Assembly: GCA_963841735.1 (NCBI GenBank)
Contig: CAWJDT010000001.1
Coordinates: 1,408,001 to 1,472,000, forward strand
Origin: an uncultured Actinomycetes bacterium
GTDB taxonomy: Bacteria > Actinomycetota > Thermoleophilia > RBG-16-64-13
Reading direction: 5' to 3'
Length of the DNA: 64,000 bases
Shown here: positions 40,249 through 51,550 of the stretch, piece after piece
Layout of the letters: every line of letters begins with the position of its first letter
How positions within the stretch are numbered: position 1 is the stretch's first letter
Notes under the pieces: model-generated
What the model was told of the DNA's origin: nothing
Databases searched by the model: none
The model's input: the letters and a program-made list of their open reading frames with translations, nothing else
Position numbers and translations under genes: made by a program

Positions 40249-40302
40249 ATTTGCACATGCCCATGTTTACTGCGTCACCGGTTCTGGTAGCATCCCCAGA
40301 CC

Positions 40303-40660
40303 ATGCTTGAACTAGAGAGGAACAGTCCCATCGAGGCCATCGCCCTCAGTGAGTTCTTCGCCCGCTGCGGCTGGGAGGAGAGCGAGGCGGCCACCAAGCT
40401 CGAGTGGGCGCTTGCTGCGTCCGACGAGTGGGTCGTCTGCAGGCTCGACGGGCAGTTGATCGGATTCGGCCGCTTGTGCAGGCTGGACCCGGTGAAGCGA
40501 GTGGTCTTCGATGTGCTTGTTGACCCTCGTTTCAGGGAGACCGGGCTTGGGCACGAGATCGTCCGTTTGTTGACCGAGAATGCGGACAACCTGGAGGGAG
40601 TGCCGGCGTTCAAGGCGCCCCTTGCTTCTCCTCAGGCCTATCTCGGACGATCGTGTGAGC
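40303..40660 (+). CDS. Small GNAT-family protein (3' end uncertain; reads through into next gene)
   Basis: LIGFGR...[19 protein letters not shown] acetyl-CoA binding motif A. Confidence 0.6.
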
Positions 40661-40692
40661 TCTTACTCAGGTGCTGCTCCGCGAGACAGAGT

Positions 40693-41709
40693 ATGAGCGG
40701 ACACAGGGTCATCTGCATCCCCGGCGACGGCATCGGTCCGGAGATCATGGCCGCCGCGAAGGTGGCGGTGTCTGCTGCCGGAGCTGCCATTGAGTGGGTG
40801 GACATGGACGCCGGGGCCGGAGTGATCGAGAAGTACGGCACCCCGCTGCCCGAAGCGGTGATCGAGGCCATCCGGGTGACGGGAGTGGCTCTCAAGGGGC
40901 CCGTCACCACTCCGGTGGGATCCGGTTTTCGCAGTGTGAACGTGGCCTTGCGGAAGGCTCTGGACTTGTACGCGAATCTGCGGCCGGCCGCCAATATGCC
41001 CGGCATCCGGTCCCGCTACGAGGGGATCGATCTGGTCATCGTGCGCGAGAATACCGAAGACCTCTACGCCGGTATCGAGCGGATGGCCGACCCGGACACG
41101 GCCGAATCGGTGAAGATCATCACTCGCAAGGGCAGTGAACGGATCGCCCGCTTCGCGTTCGAGTACGCCCGCAGGGAGGGCCGCCAGAGGGTCACTGCTG
41201 TACACAAGGCCAACATCATGAAGATGTCCGACGGCCTGTTCTTGGAGGTATCGCGCCAGGTGGCTCAGGGCTTCCCCGAGGTGGAGTTCGACGACCGCAT
41301 AGTCGACAACATGTGCATGCAACTCGTGCAGTATCCGGAGGCCTACGACGTGCTCCTTTGCCCCAATCTGTACGGGGACATAATCAGCGATCTGTGCGCG
41401 GGACTGGTGGGCGGTCTAGGCGTGGCGCCGGGAGCCAACATCGGCGAAGGCATCGCCGTCTTCGAGGCTGTACACGGCTCGGCTCCCGACATCGCCGGGC
41501 AGGACCGGGCGAATCCTACCGCGCTGGTGCTTTCGGCGGTGGCCATGCTCAGTCACCTGGGCGAAGTGAAGGCTGCCCGGGCTCTCTTGGAGGGCACGCG
41601 CGCTGTGATCAGTGCCGGCGACCGGGTCACGGCCGATCTGGGCGGCACGGCGGGCACCATGGAAATGGGCGAAGCCATCGCCGAAGAGGCCGGCAGGCAG
41701 GCAGGCTGA
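40693..41709 (+). CDS. Isocitrate/isopropylmalate dehydrogenase family protein (NAD-IDH-like)
   Basis: [63 protein letters not shown]. Confidence 0.88.
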   Translation: MSGHRVICIPGDGIGPEIMAAAKVAVSAAGAAIEWVDMDAGAGVIEKYGTPLPEAVIEAIRVTGVALKGPVTTPVGSGFRSVNVALRKALDLYANLRPAANMPGIRSRYEGIDLVIVRENTEDLYAGIERMADPDTAESVKIITRKGSERIARFAFEYARREGRQRVTAVHKANIMKMSDGLFLEVSRQVAQGFPEVEFDDRIVDNMCMQLVQYPEAYDVLLCPNLYGDIISDLCAGLVGGLGVAPGANIGEGIAVFEAVHGSAPDIAGQDRANPTALVLSAVAMLSHLGEVKAARALLEGTRAVISAGDRVTADLGGTAGTMEMGEAIAEEAGRQAG

Positions 41710-41725
41710 CGGACCGGGTGCCCGA

Positions 41726-43471
41726 TCAGGCCGGGGGCAGCCCCTCAGCGCCCCAGCCTCGTTTGATCCAGTAGATCCTTACTCGTCTGCGCAGTTCCTC
41801 GCGGTCCACCGCGGGGGCCTTGTCGGTCGGCTCGCGGAAGAAGCGCTCGGCCACGGTGTCGTCGGCTGGGGTCATGCCAAAAGCGAAGTTGAGCCGGCGG
41901 ATGCGGGTGAGGATATCGGTCGACAGCTCCTCCAACTGTTCTTTGGTGACGGGGCCGCCGTTCAGTTGCGCGACCGCCGATGTCAGCCGGTCCCAAGTGA
42001 GAAGATCGCGGTAGAAGCGGCACATGGTTAGGCTGTCCATCAGCAGCATGCGGTCTTCCCAGTCGATGTAGGTCTGGACGTAGGCATCATCATCGAGGCC
42101 TTCCAGCAATCCACCGAGCTCCGGTTTGTAGAAAGTGGCACGTAGATGACAGGCACCACGGACGCTCAGCGCGTAGCCGAGTGACATGCTCTTGAGCCTG
42201 CGGGGATCATAGCCGGCGGGGTCCATGCCCTTGGAAGTGATGGACCACTCGCTCATGCCCAGCGCCGCCAGGGCTTCATCCATCCCCCGGGCCAGTATCT
42301 CCCCGGTGGGAGTGGATCGGGTAGCTATGGCCTCGAGTAGGGCGGCTATGGCCTCGACGTCTCCGGGGGCGGGGCCGTCGTCCAGCCGGCCCAACTGCTT
42401 CGCCTTGATGGCGACGGCGACCAGATTCCCGCCGGTTATGGTATCCAGCCCCAACAGGTTGCAGCGCTCACTCAGCTTGGCCACGTCCCTGGCGTGTTTC
42501 ACCATGCAGGAGCCGCCGAAGGTGTAGATGGTCTCGTATTCGGGGGCGTGCAGCTCGCGACCAGTCTCCGGTCCTTCAGTAAGAATGAGGCGCTTGCGGC
42601 AGCGTAACGGGCAGGGGGGGCAGGTGTCGTGCTTGATCTCGGCCCACTCCGTCCAGTGTTCGGCCTCCAAGGTGGCCCGGTGAGGGGCCGCCCCCTTGCT
42701 GAAGAAGTCGGTGGGGAAGGTGCCGGCTTCGTTGAGTAGGGCTACCATGACCGGGGTGCCGTATTTGTGGTAGGTGGTGGCCGTGGGGGAATCCACAGCC
42801 AGCTTGGAGATCTCGCGCCTGGTCTGTGCGAAGTGCTCCTCGGTCTCCAACTTGGCCGCGCCGGGCGAGGTGACGGTCACGGCCTTGAGCAGCTTGCTGC
42901 CGAACACCGCTCCCAGACCTCCTCGGCCCAGGGTGTGAGCCCGCTCGTGCATCACGCATGCCGAGTGCACCAGCTTCTCACCGGCAACGCCTATGCAGAG
43001 CACCGCCGAGCGCTTCTCCAGCGTGGGCAGCAGGGCGTCCTCCGCGACTAGAGTGTCCTTGCCCCACAGCTCCGTCGCCGGCGACAGGGTCGCCCCTCGC
43101 TCGTCTATGTGCAGGCGCACCGGCTCGCGGGCCGTCCCCTTGATCACCACGGCGTCCCAGCCGGTTTCGCAGAAGGCACGGGCGAATGACCCACCGCAGT
43201 AGGTCTCCAGCCAGATGCCGGTGAGCGGACTCCTGGTGAAAGCAGCGAACCGGTCTGAGCCCGACATAGCGTAGGCCGCGAGGCGGCTGGGCGTCAGAGC
43301 GATGATGTTCTCGGGTGAGAGGGCATCGGCTCGCGGATCCAGGTATGCCTCCAGCAGACTGATCCCGAGCACCTTTCCGCCCAGCCCGAGGGCGCCTGGA
43401 GGGCTGAGGGGCTCTATGTGCGCTAGGCCTGTGGAAAGATCGACCACAAGGATCTTCCCTACGTCACCCAT
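41726..43471 (-). CDS. aor: Tungsten-dependent aldehyde:ferredoxin oxidoreductase family
   Basis: ILVVDLS, RSPLTG, GRGGLGAVFGSK.LKAV, CPPCPLRC, PEYET, GLDTI, YDPR, RGACH. Confidence 0.88.
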   Translation of the reverse strand: MGDVGKILVVDLSTGLAHIEPLSPPGALGLGGKVLGISLLEAYLDPRADALSPENIIALTPSRLAAYAMSGSDRFAAFTRSPLTGIWLETYCGGSFARAFCETGWDAVVIKGTAREPVRLHIDERGATLSPATELWGKDTLVAEDALLPTLEKRSAVLCIGVAGEKLVHSACVMHERAHTLGRGGLGAVFGSKLLKAVTVTSPGAAKLETEEHFAQTRREISKLAVDSPTATTYHKYGTPVMVALLNEAGTFPTDFFSKGAAPHRATLEAEHWTEWAEIKHDTCPPCPLRCRKRLILTEGPETGRELHAPEYETIYTFGGSCMVKHARDVAKLSERCNLLGLDTITGGNLVAVAIKAKQLGRLDDGPAPGDVEAIAALLEAIATRSTPTGEILARGMDEALAALGMSEWSITSKGMDPAGYDPRRLKSMSLGYALSVRGACHLRATFYKPELGGLLEGLDDDAYVQTYIDWEDRMLLMDSLTMCRFYRDLLTWDRLTSAVAQLNGGPVTKEQLEELSTDILTRIRRLNFAFGMTPADDTVAERFFREPTDKAPAVDREELRRRVRIYWIKRGWGAEGLPPA

Positions 43472-43522
43472 GTCTGCCTCCTAGGGATGCGAGACGCCTC
43501 CCTAAAGCGGTAGCCGTCTGCG

Positions 43523-44836
43523 CTAGCCGTTCGCCGCGGACGCGGTCACTTGGGCCAGCGTCTCTTCAAAGATGTCCAGTCCGCGAGCCAGCGTCTCATC
43601 CTCGATAGTGAGCGGGACCAGGACGCGGACCACGTTATGGTAGGTGCCGGCTCCCACGTTGATCACGCCGTTCGCGTACAGCGCCGCGCGGAAGGCCTTG
43701 GCGAAGTCGCCCGCCGGCTTCTTGCTCGCCGGATCCTCCACGAGTTCGATGGCCGCCATGGCCCCGATGCCGCGCACGTCGCCGATCATCGGGTAGGTCT
43801 TTTGCAGGGCCCGGAAGCGGGCGCGGATGCGGTCGCCCAGAACAGTGGCCCGTTGCAGCAGTCCCTCGCTCTCAATGATGTCGAACACCGCCAGTCCAGC
43901 CCGGCAGGCCGTCGGATTGCCGCCGAAGGTCGTACCCACACCGCTCGGGTGAACGGTGTCCATGATCTCCTGTCTGCCGGTGATGCCCGCAATGGGGAAG
44001 CCGGCGCCCAAGGCCTTTGCGGTGGCCATCAGGTCGGGGGCGACGCCCCAGTGCTCCATTCCGAACCATCTGCCGGTCCGGCCGATACCTGTCTGGATCT
44101 CGTCGGCAATGAGCAGGATGCCGTGGTCCTCACAGATCTTCTTGATCTTGCCCATGTATTCCGGGGGAGGCACGATGAACCCGCCCTCACCTTGCACCGG
44201 CTCGGCAAGGACCGCGGCCACATCTTCGGCGGCCACGTGTTTGTCGAAGGCGTTTTGCAGAAAGTTCGCGCATTCACACTCGCAGCCCGGGTAGGACAGA
44301 GCCAGCGGGCAGCGGTAACAGTACGCATAGGGGATGCGGTAGATATCGGACGCATACGGACCGAAACCGACCTTGTAGGGACTGACCTGCGAGGTGAGGC
44401 TAAGGGTCATGTAGGTGCGCCCATGGAACCCGTCTTCGAAGGCGATGATCGACTTGCGGCCGGTGGCGTAGCGCGCCACCTTGACGGCATTCTCGACGGC
44501 CTCCGCACCTGAATTGACAAAGAAGGTGCGTTTGGCCGAATCGCCGGGCGCCACCTGGTTCAGCTTCTCTGCCAAGCGCAGATAAGACTCGTAGCCCACC
44601 AGCCCGAAACAGGTATGCGAGTACAGCTCGGCCTGCTCCTTGACCGCGGCGACCACCTTGGGATGACAGTGCCCTACATTCAGCACGCCGATGCCGGCGG
44701 CGAAGTCCACGTATTCCCGGCCGTCCACGTCGGTTACGAGCGCGTTCTTCGCTCTTGCCACATAGACAGGAGCCGCGGCGGCGACCCCGCGGGGGATGTT
44801 CGCAGCCCGGAGGGCGGTGATCGAAGCGTTGTCCAT
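43523..44836 (-). CDS. gabT: 4-aminobutyrate--2-oxoglutarate aminotransferase (class III PLP)
   Basis: DFAAGIGVLNVGH, NSGAEAVENAVK, FHGRT, EPVQGEGG, DEIQTG.GRTG, TAKALG, TFGGNP. Confidence 0.88.
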   Translation of the reverse strand: MDNASITALRAANIPRGVAAAAPVYVARAKNALVTDVDGREYVDFAAGIGVLNVGHCHPKVVAAVKEQAELYSHTCFGLVGYESYLRLAEKLNQVAPGDSAKRTFFVNSGAEAVENAVKVARYATGRKSIIAFEDGFHGRTYMTLSLTSQVSPYKVGFGPYASDIYRIPYAYCYRCPLALSYPGCECECANFLQNAFDKHVAAEDVAAVLAEPVQGEGGFIVPPPEYMGKIKKICEDHGILLIADEIQTGIGRTGRWFGMEHWGVAPDLMATAKALGAGFPIAGITGRQEIMDTVHPSGVGTTFGGNPTACRAGLAVFDIIESEGLLQRATVLGDRIRARFRALQKTYPMIGDVRGIGAMAAIELVEDPASKKPAGDFAKAFRAALYANGVINVGAGTYHNVVRVLVPLTIEDETLARGLDIFEETLAQVTASAANG

Positions 44837-44993
44837 GACTCCTCCAGTACTGAGAGCACCGCGACGTAGCGTGCCTGGTTCAATGGGCCGGTGTTGCCGT
44901 GAGGGTACCATGACGTAGACGCTCGCGCCTTGAATAGCCCTGCATCTTGAGTAAACTTGTTAGCTGTCCCCCGCAATCGCCGAGGAGTTCATC

Positions 44994-46673
44994 TTGAAGA
45001 GCACCAGTCAAAGCGTCTATTCGGGTCCTACGCGGGCACCTCACCGTTCGCTTCTGCGCGCGCTGGGAGTAGGCCGTGGGGACGCCGGCAGGCCACTCAT
45101 AGGTGTTGCGAACTCGTACAACGAGCTCATACCCGGCCACATGCATCTGAACACGCTCGCTCAGCACGTGAAGTTCGGTGTGTACCAAGCCGGGGGCATG
45201 CCGCTCGAATTCAATGTCATAGGAGTCTGCGACGGTTTGGCCATGGGCCACGAGGGCATGCACTACTCTCTGGTCTCGCGCGAGGTCATTGCCGACTCGG
45301 TGGAAATCATGGCCAAGGCCCATGCCCTTGACGCCTTGGTCTTCGTCACCAACTGCGACAAGATCGTGCCGGGCATGGTCATGGGTGCCGCCCGCCTCGA
45401 TATCCCCGCGGTGGTGGTGTCCGGCGGACCGATGCTGGCGGGTGACTACGAAGGCAAGAAGGTCAGCCTTTCTCAGATCTTCGAGGGAGTGGGCCGTTAC
45501 TTCAAAGGCGACTTGTCCGAAGAAGGCCTGGCCGAGATGGAGGATTCGGTCTGTCCCACCTGCGGCTCGTGTGCTGGGCTGTTTACAGCCAACTCCATGA
45601 GCTGCGTGACGGAGGCCCTAGGGCTGTCGCTTCCTGGCGACGCTACCATTCCGGCTGTCTATTCGGCCCGCCTTCCCTTGGCGCGCCAGAGTGGAGTGGC
45701 CGCAGTCGAAGCGGCCCGCAAGGGTTGGACGGTTCGTCGCTTCATCACCGAAGCCAGTGTCCGCAATGCGCTTGCGGTCGATGCCGCTCTGGGTTGCTCC
45801 AGCAACACGGTTCTGCACCTGATGGCCATCGCCACCGAAGCTAACGTTGCACTGAAGCTTGAGACTTTCAACGAGGTGGCCGACCGCACACCGAACATCG
45901 TGAAACTGTCTCCGTCGGGCACCAACCATATGGAAGACCTGCATCGGGCCGGCGGGGTCATGGCTGTGATGAAGCGGTTAGCCGAAGCCGGACTGGTGGA
46001 CGGCGCGGTCCCGACAGTCGCTGGCGTGGATATGACCATGCAGTACGAGGCCGCCGTCATCCGGGACGAGGAGGTCATCAGGCCTCTGGATCGACCCTAC
46101 CGCTCCACTGGTGGCCTGGCCATGCTCTTTGGCAATCTGGCCCCACGGGGTGCTGTAGTCAAGGAATCGGCAGTGCTTCCAGAGATGCTGGTGCATGAAG
46201 GTCCGGCCGTGTGTTTTGACGACGAGGCCAGCATCATGGAGGCCATCGAGAAGGATAGGGTCAAGCCGGGCTCTGTGGTCGTGATCCGCTATGTGGGTCC
46301 CAAGGGCGGTCCGGGCATGCCCGAGATGCTCACTCCCACTTCGGCGTTGGCCGGAGCGGGGCTGGACCACAGCGTCGCTCTCATCACCGACGGCCGCTTC
46401 AGTGGAGCTAGTCGGGGGGCCAGCATCGGTCACGTGGCTCCCGAAGCGCTCGACGGAGGTCCTATCGCTCTGGTCGAAGACGGGGACCTTATCAGCATCG
46501 ACATCCCCAAGCGGATCCTCACCCTCAAGATCACCGACGAAGAGATGGACCGGAGGAAGACGGCGTGGCAGCGCCCGGCTCGACAGTATTCGGGCGTGCT
46601 GCGCCGCTATGTAGCCTTCGTCTCCGGGGCGGAGACCGGGGCGGTACTGGGCGACGGAGTCTCCGACTCCTGA
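44994..46673 (+). CDS. ilvD: Dihydroxy-acid dehydratase
   Basis: [58 protein letters not shown]. Confidence 0.96.
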   Translation: MKSTSQSVYSGPTRAPHRSLLRALGVGRGDAGRPLIGVANSYNELIPGHMHLNTLAQHVKFGVYQAGGMPLEFNVIGVCDGLAMGHEGMHYSLVSREVIADSVEIMAKAHALDALVFVTNCDKIVPGMVMGAARLDIPAVVVSGGPMLAGDYEGKKVSLSQIFEGVGRYFKGDLSEEGLAEMEDSVCPTCGSCAGLFTANSMSCVTEALGLSLPGDATIPAVYSARLPLARQSGVAAVEAARKGWTVRRFITEASVRNALAVDAALGCSSNTVLHLMAIATEANVALKLETFNEVADRTPNIVKLSPSGTNHMEDLHRAGGVMAVMKRLAEAGLVDGAVPTVAGVDMTMQYEAAVIRDEEVIRPLDRPYRSTGGLAMLFGNLAPRGAVVKESAVLPEMLVHEGPAVCFDDEASIMEAIEKDRVKPGSVVVIRYVGPKGGPGMPEMLTPTSALAGAGLDHSVALITDGRFSGASRGASIGHVAPEALDGGPIALVEDGDLISIDIPKRILTLKITDEEMDRRKTAWQRPARQYSGVLRRYVAFVSGAETGAVLGDGVSDS

Positions 46674-46778
46674 CGTCTCTCCCCAGGCGGTCTCTACGAT
46701 CTCCCGGAGGCTCTATCGGACCCGATTGAGGGTCCGGTGTCCGGGCAAACGCGGTTGTAAAGGATAGCGGAACGCACC

Positions 46779-48464
46779 ATGAAAGCATCCACAGTGATCC
46801 TGGAAGCGCTTAAGCGCGAAGGGGTCGACACGATATTCGGGTTTCCGGGAGGGCAGGTCATCCCTCTCTACGATGCCCTGTACGAATTTGACATCAATCA
46901 CATACTGGCAAGGCATGAGCAGGGGGCCGGCCACATGGCCGACGGCTATGCTAGGGCTTCCGGCAAGGTGGGAGTCTGCTTGGCTACGTCCGGGCCGGGC
47001 GCGACCAATCTGGTCACGCCCATCGCCAACGCCTATATGGACAGTGTGCCCATGGTGGCCATCACCGGACAGGTGAGCCGTCATCTCATCGGCCTGGATT
47101 CGTTCCAAGAGGCCGATATCACCGGGATAACCTTGCCGGTGGTCAAGCACAGCTACTTGGTTAAAGACGCCAAGGATCTGCCTCGCATCATCCGGGAGGC
47201 CTTCCATATCGCCGGCACGGGTCGTCCCGGCCCGGTGCTCATAGACATCCCGGTGGACGTCACCAAGGAAGACATGGACTACGACCCCGACGATGTGCCG
47301 GCTCTGCACCTGCCCGGCTACAAGCCGAACGTCAAGGGTCATCCCAAACAGATCCGCGAGGCCGCTCGAGTCATCGCCGCGGCCGAGCGTCCGGTCATCT
47401 ATGCCGGGGGAGGGGTGATCATCGCCGACGCTTCCGAAGAACTGCGCGCGGTGGCCTTCTACGGTCACATCCCGGTGACCACCACACTCAATGGCAAGGG
47501 CTGCTTCCCCGAAGACCATCACCTCGCCATGGGTATGCTGGGCATGCACGGCACTCCCGCCGCCAACTACGCCATCAGCAAGTCCGACCTCATCATCGCG
47601 GTGGGCGTGCGTTTCGACGACCGGGTTACGGGCAATCTCCAGGCCTTCGCTCCCGAAGCCCAGTTCATCCACATCGATCTGGACCCGGCCGAGATCTCCA
47701 AGAACGTGGCCATCGACGTGCCCATCGTCGGCGATGCCAAGAAGGTGTTGACGGCGCTCCTGCCCGAGCTCAAGAAGCTCGATCTTTCTCCCGACCGGCA
47801 TCTTCCCTGGATGGAGCAGGTGGAGACCTGGAAGCGCGACCACGCTCTGGCGGTGCGTCCCTCAGACGACGGCGAGATCATGCCGGAGTATGCGGTGAAC
47901 AAGATATGGGAGGTCACCAAGGGCGAGGCCATCATCACCACCGAGGTCGGTCAGCATCAGATGTGGGCGGCACAGTACTACCTTGCCCGGCATCCCCGTC
48001 GGTTCATCAGCTCGGGCGGTCTGGGCACCATGGGTTTCGGCTTTCCGGCTGCCATCGGAGCGCAGGTGGCCTGTCCCGGTTCCCTTGTGGTCGATATCGC
48101 GGGCGACGGGTCCTTCCAGATGACGCTGCAGGAGTTGGCCACGGCGGTGCAGTACGACCTGCCGGTGAAGGTGTGCATCCTCAACAATCAGTACCTGGGC
48201 ATGGTGCGCCAATGGCAGGAACTCTTCTGGAACAAGCGGTACAGCAACACCTGCATCGAATGCCAGCCTGACTTTGTGAAGCTGGCCGAAGCCTACGGGG
48301 CCGAAGGCTACCGGGCGACGGATCCCAATGAGCTGGAGGACGTGCTGCGCACGGCGCTGGCCACCGACCGACCCGCCGTCATCGACATCCGGGTCAACCG
48401 CGAGGCCAACGTGTTTCCCATGATCCCGGCCGGCGGAACCGTGCACGACATGATGGAGCGCTAG
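46779..48464 (+). CDS. ilvB: Acetolactate synthase large subunit
   Basis: RHEQGAGHMADGYAR, TSGPGATN, FDDRVTG, SSGGLGTMGFG, GDGSFQM...NNQYLGMVRQWQ. Confidence 0.96.
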   Translation: MKASTVILEALKREGVDTIFGFPGGQVIPLYDALYEFDINHILARHEQGAGHMADGYARASGKVGVCLATSGPGATNLVTPIANAYMDSVPMVAITGQVSRHLIGLDSFQEADITGITLPVVKHSYLVKDAKDLPRIIREAFHIAGTGRPGPVLIDIPVDVTKEDMDYDPDDVPALHLPGYKPNVKGHPKQIREAARVIAAAERPVIYAGGGVIIADASEELRAVAFYGHIPVTTTLNGKGCFPEDHHLAMGMLGMHGTPAANYAISKSDLIIAVGVRFDDRVTGNLQAFAPEAQFIHIDLDPAEISKNVAIDVPIVGDAKKVLTALLPELKKLDLSPDRHLPWMEQVETWKRDHALAVRPSDDGEIMPEYAVNKIWEVTKGEAIITTEVGQHQMWAAQYYLARHPRRFISSGGLGTMGFGFPAAIGAQVACPGSLVVDIAGDGSFQMTLQELATAVQYDLPVKVCILNNQYLGMVRQWQELFWNKRYSNTCIECQPDFVKLAEAYGAEGYRATDPNELEDVLRTALATDRPAVIDIRVNREANVFPMIPAGGTVHDMMER

Positions 48465-48466
48465 CC

Positions 48467-48952
48467 ATGAAGCATACTCTTTCAGTGCTGGTGGAGAACA
48501 AACCGGGCGTGCTGACTCGGGTGGCCGGGCTCTTTGCCAGGCGCGGGTTCAACATCGACAGCTTGGTGGTCGCGGAGACCGAGAACCTGGAGCTGTCACG
48601 CATGACCATCACGGTGGACGAGCGCGACCAGTCTGTGGAACAGCTGACGAAGCAGCTACACAAGCTCATCAACGTTCTAAAGATCACGTCTCTCGATCCC
48701 GACTCCAGCGTGGAGAGGGAACTGCTGCTCATCAAAGTCAAGGGCGACACCGTCTCGCGGGCCGAGATCATGCAGATCGTGGAGATCTTCCGGGCCAAGA
48801 TCGTGGATGTGGGCAGCGAGGTGATGGTGATCGAGATGACCGGCGCGCGCGAGAAGGTGAGCGCCTTCATCGAACTGCTCCAACCGTTCGGAGTGGTGGA
48901 GCTCATGCGTACCGGACGGCTTGCCATGAGCCGGGGTTTGCGGGCCACCTAG
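48467..48952 (+). CDS. ilvN: Acetolactate synthase small subunit
   Basis: LSVLVENKPGVLTRVAGLFARRGFNIDSL, KQLHKLINV, ELMRTG. Confidence 0.96.
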   Translation: MKHTLSVLVENKPGVLTRVAGLFARRGFNIDSLVVAETENLELSRMTITVDERDQSVEQLTKQLHKLINVLKITSLDPDSSVERELLLIKVKGDTVSRAEIMQIVEIFRAKIVDVGSEVMVIEMTGAREKVSAFIELLQPFGVVELMRTGRLAMSRGLRAT

Positions 48953-49140
48953 GAGGCTGCCGAAGAACGAAGCCACGCCGTCAAGACACGCTGGCCGACG
49001 CGATAGCACGTCCTCGCCGGCGATCGTGCCCTGACGACGCATCGTCACTATTCAGCAGTCTATAGCGACTCTGGGAGCCGGTCGGGCTCCCGATTGTGTT
49101 ACCGTCTTAGAACGCATCGAGACAGAAGGAGCAGACAAAC

Positions 49141-50139
49141 ATGCTATACGACAAGGACGGAGATCTGGGTCTTCTCGAAGGGAAGACCGTGGCAGTTATA
49201 GGCTTCGGTAGCCAAGGGCACGCGCATTCGCAGAACCTCAGGGACAGTGGGGTCAAAGTCGTAGTGGCCGAAGCTCCGGGCACGCCGGCATGGGATAGGG
49301 CAGCAGCGGCGGGCTTCGAGGTGTTGACGGCGGATGCCGCAGCAGCTGTGGCCGACGTCATAATGATGGTCGTGCCCGATCAGACGCAGAAAGTGGTCTA
49401 CGACACCGCTATTCGCCAGAATCTAAAAGACGGCGACATGCTCATGTTCGCTCATGGGTTCAACATCCACTACAGCCAGATCATCCCGCCGGCAGGCGTG
49501 GACGTGACCATGGTGGCCCCCAAGGGCCCGGGTCATCTGGTGCGGCGGGTCTACACCGAGGGCGGCGGCGTGCCGGCCGTGGTGGCCGTCTACCAGGACG
49601 CTACCGGCAAAGCCCGAGACCGTGCTCTGGCCTATGCCAAGGGCATCGGCTCCCTGCGCGCCGGCGTCATCGAGACTACCTTCAAGGAAGAGACCGAGAC
49701 CGACCTGTTCGGTGAGCAGGCGGTGCTGTGTGGCGGGGTGAGCGAGCTCATCCGCGCCGGTTTTGAGACTTTGGTGGACGCGGGCTACCAGCCGGAAGTG
49801 GCCTACTTCGAGTGCCTGCACGAACTGAAGCTGATCGTCGACCTTATCCATGAGCACGGCATCAGTGGGATGCGCTACTCGATCTCCGACACCGCCGAGT
49901 ATGGTGACATGACTCGGGGCAAGCGCATCATCAGCGAAGAGGTCCGCGAAGAGATGGGGTACATCCTCGAGGAGATCCAGACCGGCGAGTTCGCCAGGGA
50001 GTGGATCCTGGAGAACATGGCCGGCCGTCCGGTCTACAACGCCATCAAGCGCGAAGAATCTGAGCACGAGATCGAGATAGTGGGCCGGCAGCTGCGCGCC
50101 ATGATGCCCTGGCTGGGCAAGAGCGGCAAGCTGGAGTAG
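49141..50139 (+). CDS. ilvC: Ketol-acid reductoisomerase
   Basis: [48 protein letters not shown]. Confidence 0.96.
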   Translation: MLYDKDGDLGLLEGKTVAVIGFGSQGHAHSQNLRDSGVKVVVAEAPGTPAWDRAAAAGFEVLTADAAAAVADVIMMVVPDQTQKVVYDTAIRQNLKDGDMLMFAHGFNIHYSQIIPPAGVDVTMVAPKGPGHLVRRVYTEGGGVPAVVAVYQDATGKARDRALAYAKGIGSLRAGVIETTFKEETETDLFGEQAVLCGGVSELIRAGFETLVDAGYQPEVAYFECLHELKLIVDLIHEHGISGMRYSISDTAEYGDMTRGKRIISEEVREEMGYILEEIQTGEFAREWILENMAGRPVYNAIKREESEHEIEIVGRQLRAMMPWLGKSGKLE

Positions 50140-50196
50140 TAGGCACCCTGCTCGGCCGCCCGGGCGAGTGCCGGGCGGCGCGAGGTGTCGTCTTGA

Positions 50197-50227
50197 GTCG
50201 GGCCCGCAGCGCTGCTGCGGGCCCGAC
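50197..50227. terminator. GC-rich hairpin between convergent ilvC and lysR
   Basis: Perfect 14-bp stem gtcgggcccgcagc / gctgcgggcccgac. Confidence 0.55.
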
Positions 50228-50310
50228 CTGCGCTCCGGCCTCGGCCGCGCCGGCCAGCCATCCAAGACTGTAGGTGCCGGACCGTGCCTCGCCGCCCTGT
50301 GGCGAGGCCA

Positions 50311-51285
50311 CTAACCGGGGAGAGCAGAGCCCGGCGCGGCGTCCTCATTGTCGGTCGGCGCTGGTGTCAACGGTCCGATGTTACCTGGGACCGGGTACTT
50401 CATGCGCTCTACCACCCGGGCACGCACGTGTGCCATCAGCATCTGCGCGGACCGGGTGTGAGACCGGTCTTTGCTACGAATGAGGTTGAGGTCACGGGTG
50501 AGGCCACCCTTCACCTCCAGCGTGGCCAGACCTTCCCGGCCCAATCCACTGAGGGCCAGGTTGGGTAGTAGCGATACGCCAAGACCTTGGCGAACGAAAT
50601 TCTTGAGTGACTCGATTGAGCCTGCCTGGTAAGCAACCCGGGGCTCAAAACCGGCCCGGCGGCAGGCATCGACTGTCTGGGTCGTCAGGTTGAAGGCGTT
50701 GGTGGGCATCACGAAGTCGTCGAAGGCGAGCTCCGACAAGTCGATCATCCTGCGCTCCGCGAGACGATGTCTGGGTGAGGTGATGACAAGCACTTCCTCA
50801 CTGCCCAAAGGGACGACGTCCAGGCTTTGGGGTGACCCCGGCGCCGTGACCACGGCAAAATCTAGAGAGCCGCTGTAGACCCGGTGTTGCAGTTCCAGAT
50901 CTCCGCCTTCGGCCACCTCGACTCGCACCCGCGGGAAGGCCTCGTTAAATGAGGCCAGCAGGGTGGGCACCAGGTAGGCTGCCACCGAGGGGTTGGCGCC
51001 CAACCGGACGTCACCGGTCTCGACGCCCGACCGGTCCTGCAGCAGCCGCACCGCCTCGCTGGCCCGGGAGAGGACCGAGCGGGCCAGTGGCAGAAAGATC
51101 TCGCCATCGGAGGTGAGGCTTATCCGCCTACCCTTGCGGTGAAACAGCTGTGTGCCGAGTTCCTCTTCCAGGCGTCGCATCTGGTAGCTTAGGGCCGGTT
51201 GCGTGACGTGGACGACTGCGGCTGCGCCCGTGAAGCTCAGCGTCTCGGCGATGGTGACGAAGTACCTTAGCTGGGTCAGTTCCAT
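50311..51285 (-). CDS. LysR family transcriptional regulator
   Basis: MELTQLRYF...SFTGAA...VTQPALSYQMRRLEEELGTQLF. Confidence 0.95.
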   Translation of the reverse strand: MELTQLRYFVTIAETLSFTGAAAVVHVTQPALSYQMRRLEEELGTQLFHRKGRRISLTSDGEIFLPLARSVLSRASEAVRLLQDRSGVETGDVRLGANPSVAAYLVPTLLASFNEAFPRVRVEVAEGGDLELQHRVYSGSLDFAVVTAPGSPQSLDVVPLGSEEVLVITSPRHRLAERRMIDLSELAFDDFVMPTNAFNLTTQTVDACRRAGFEPRVAYQAGSIESLKNFVRQGLGVSLLPNLALSGLGREGLATLEVKGGLTRDLNLIRSKDRSHTRSAQMLMAHVRARVVERMKYPVPGNIGPLTPAPTDNEDAAPGSALPG

Positions 51286-51292
51286 GTCTACG

Positions 51293-51329
51293 ATAAAAAT
51301 AGCCTATAGTACAGATAGAAACAACGTAT
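51293..51329. promoter_or_regulatory. Two LysR-type boxes
   Basis: ATA-N9-TAT at 51293-51307 and 51315-51329, 22 bp apart, immediately upstream of lysR. Confidence 0.55.
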
Positions 51330-51550
51330 TGGAATTATGGGTAGTTCGTGTGTATATTGCAAATCGCTGAGCACTGATATACCGCTATCCAGGGAACCCC
51401 CCCTCCCAGATGGTGGCAGTGTTGAGCAGCTTTCCCGCAGCATAGTCGACTCCTCCCCCAACGGAGCCGGCTATGCTACTTTTTTGGGCAAAATCGCCCA
51501 GGGGCGGCCTCTCGTGAACATCCGAGGTTTCATGGTGTCGGAGCCTTCAC

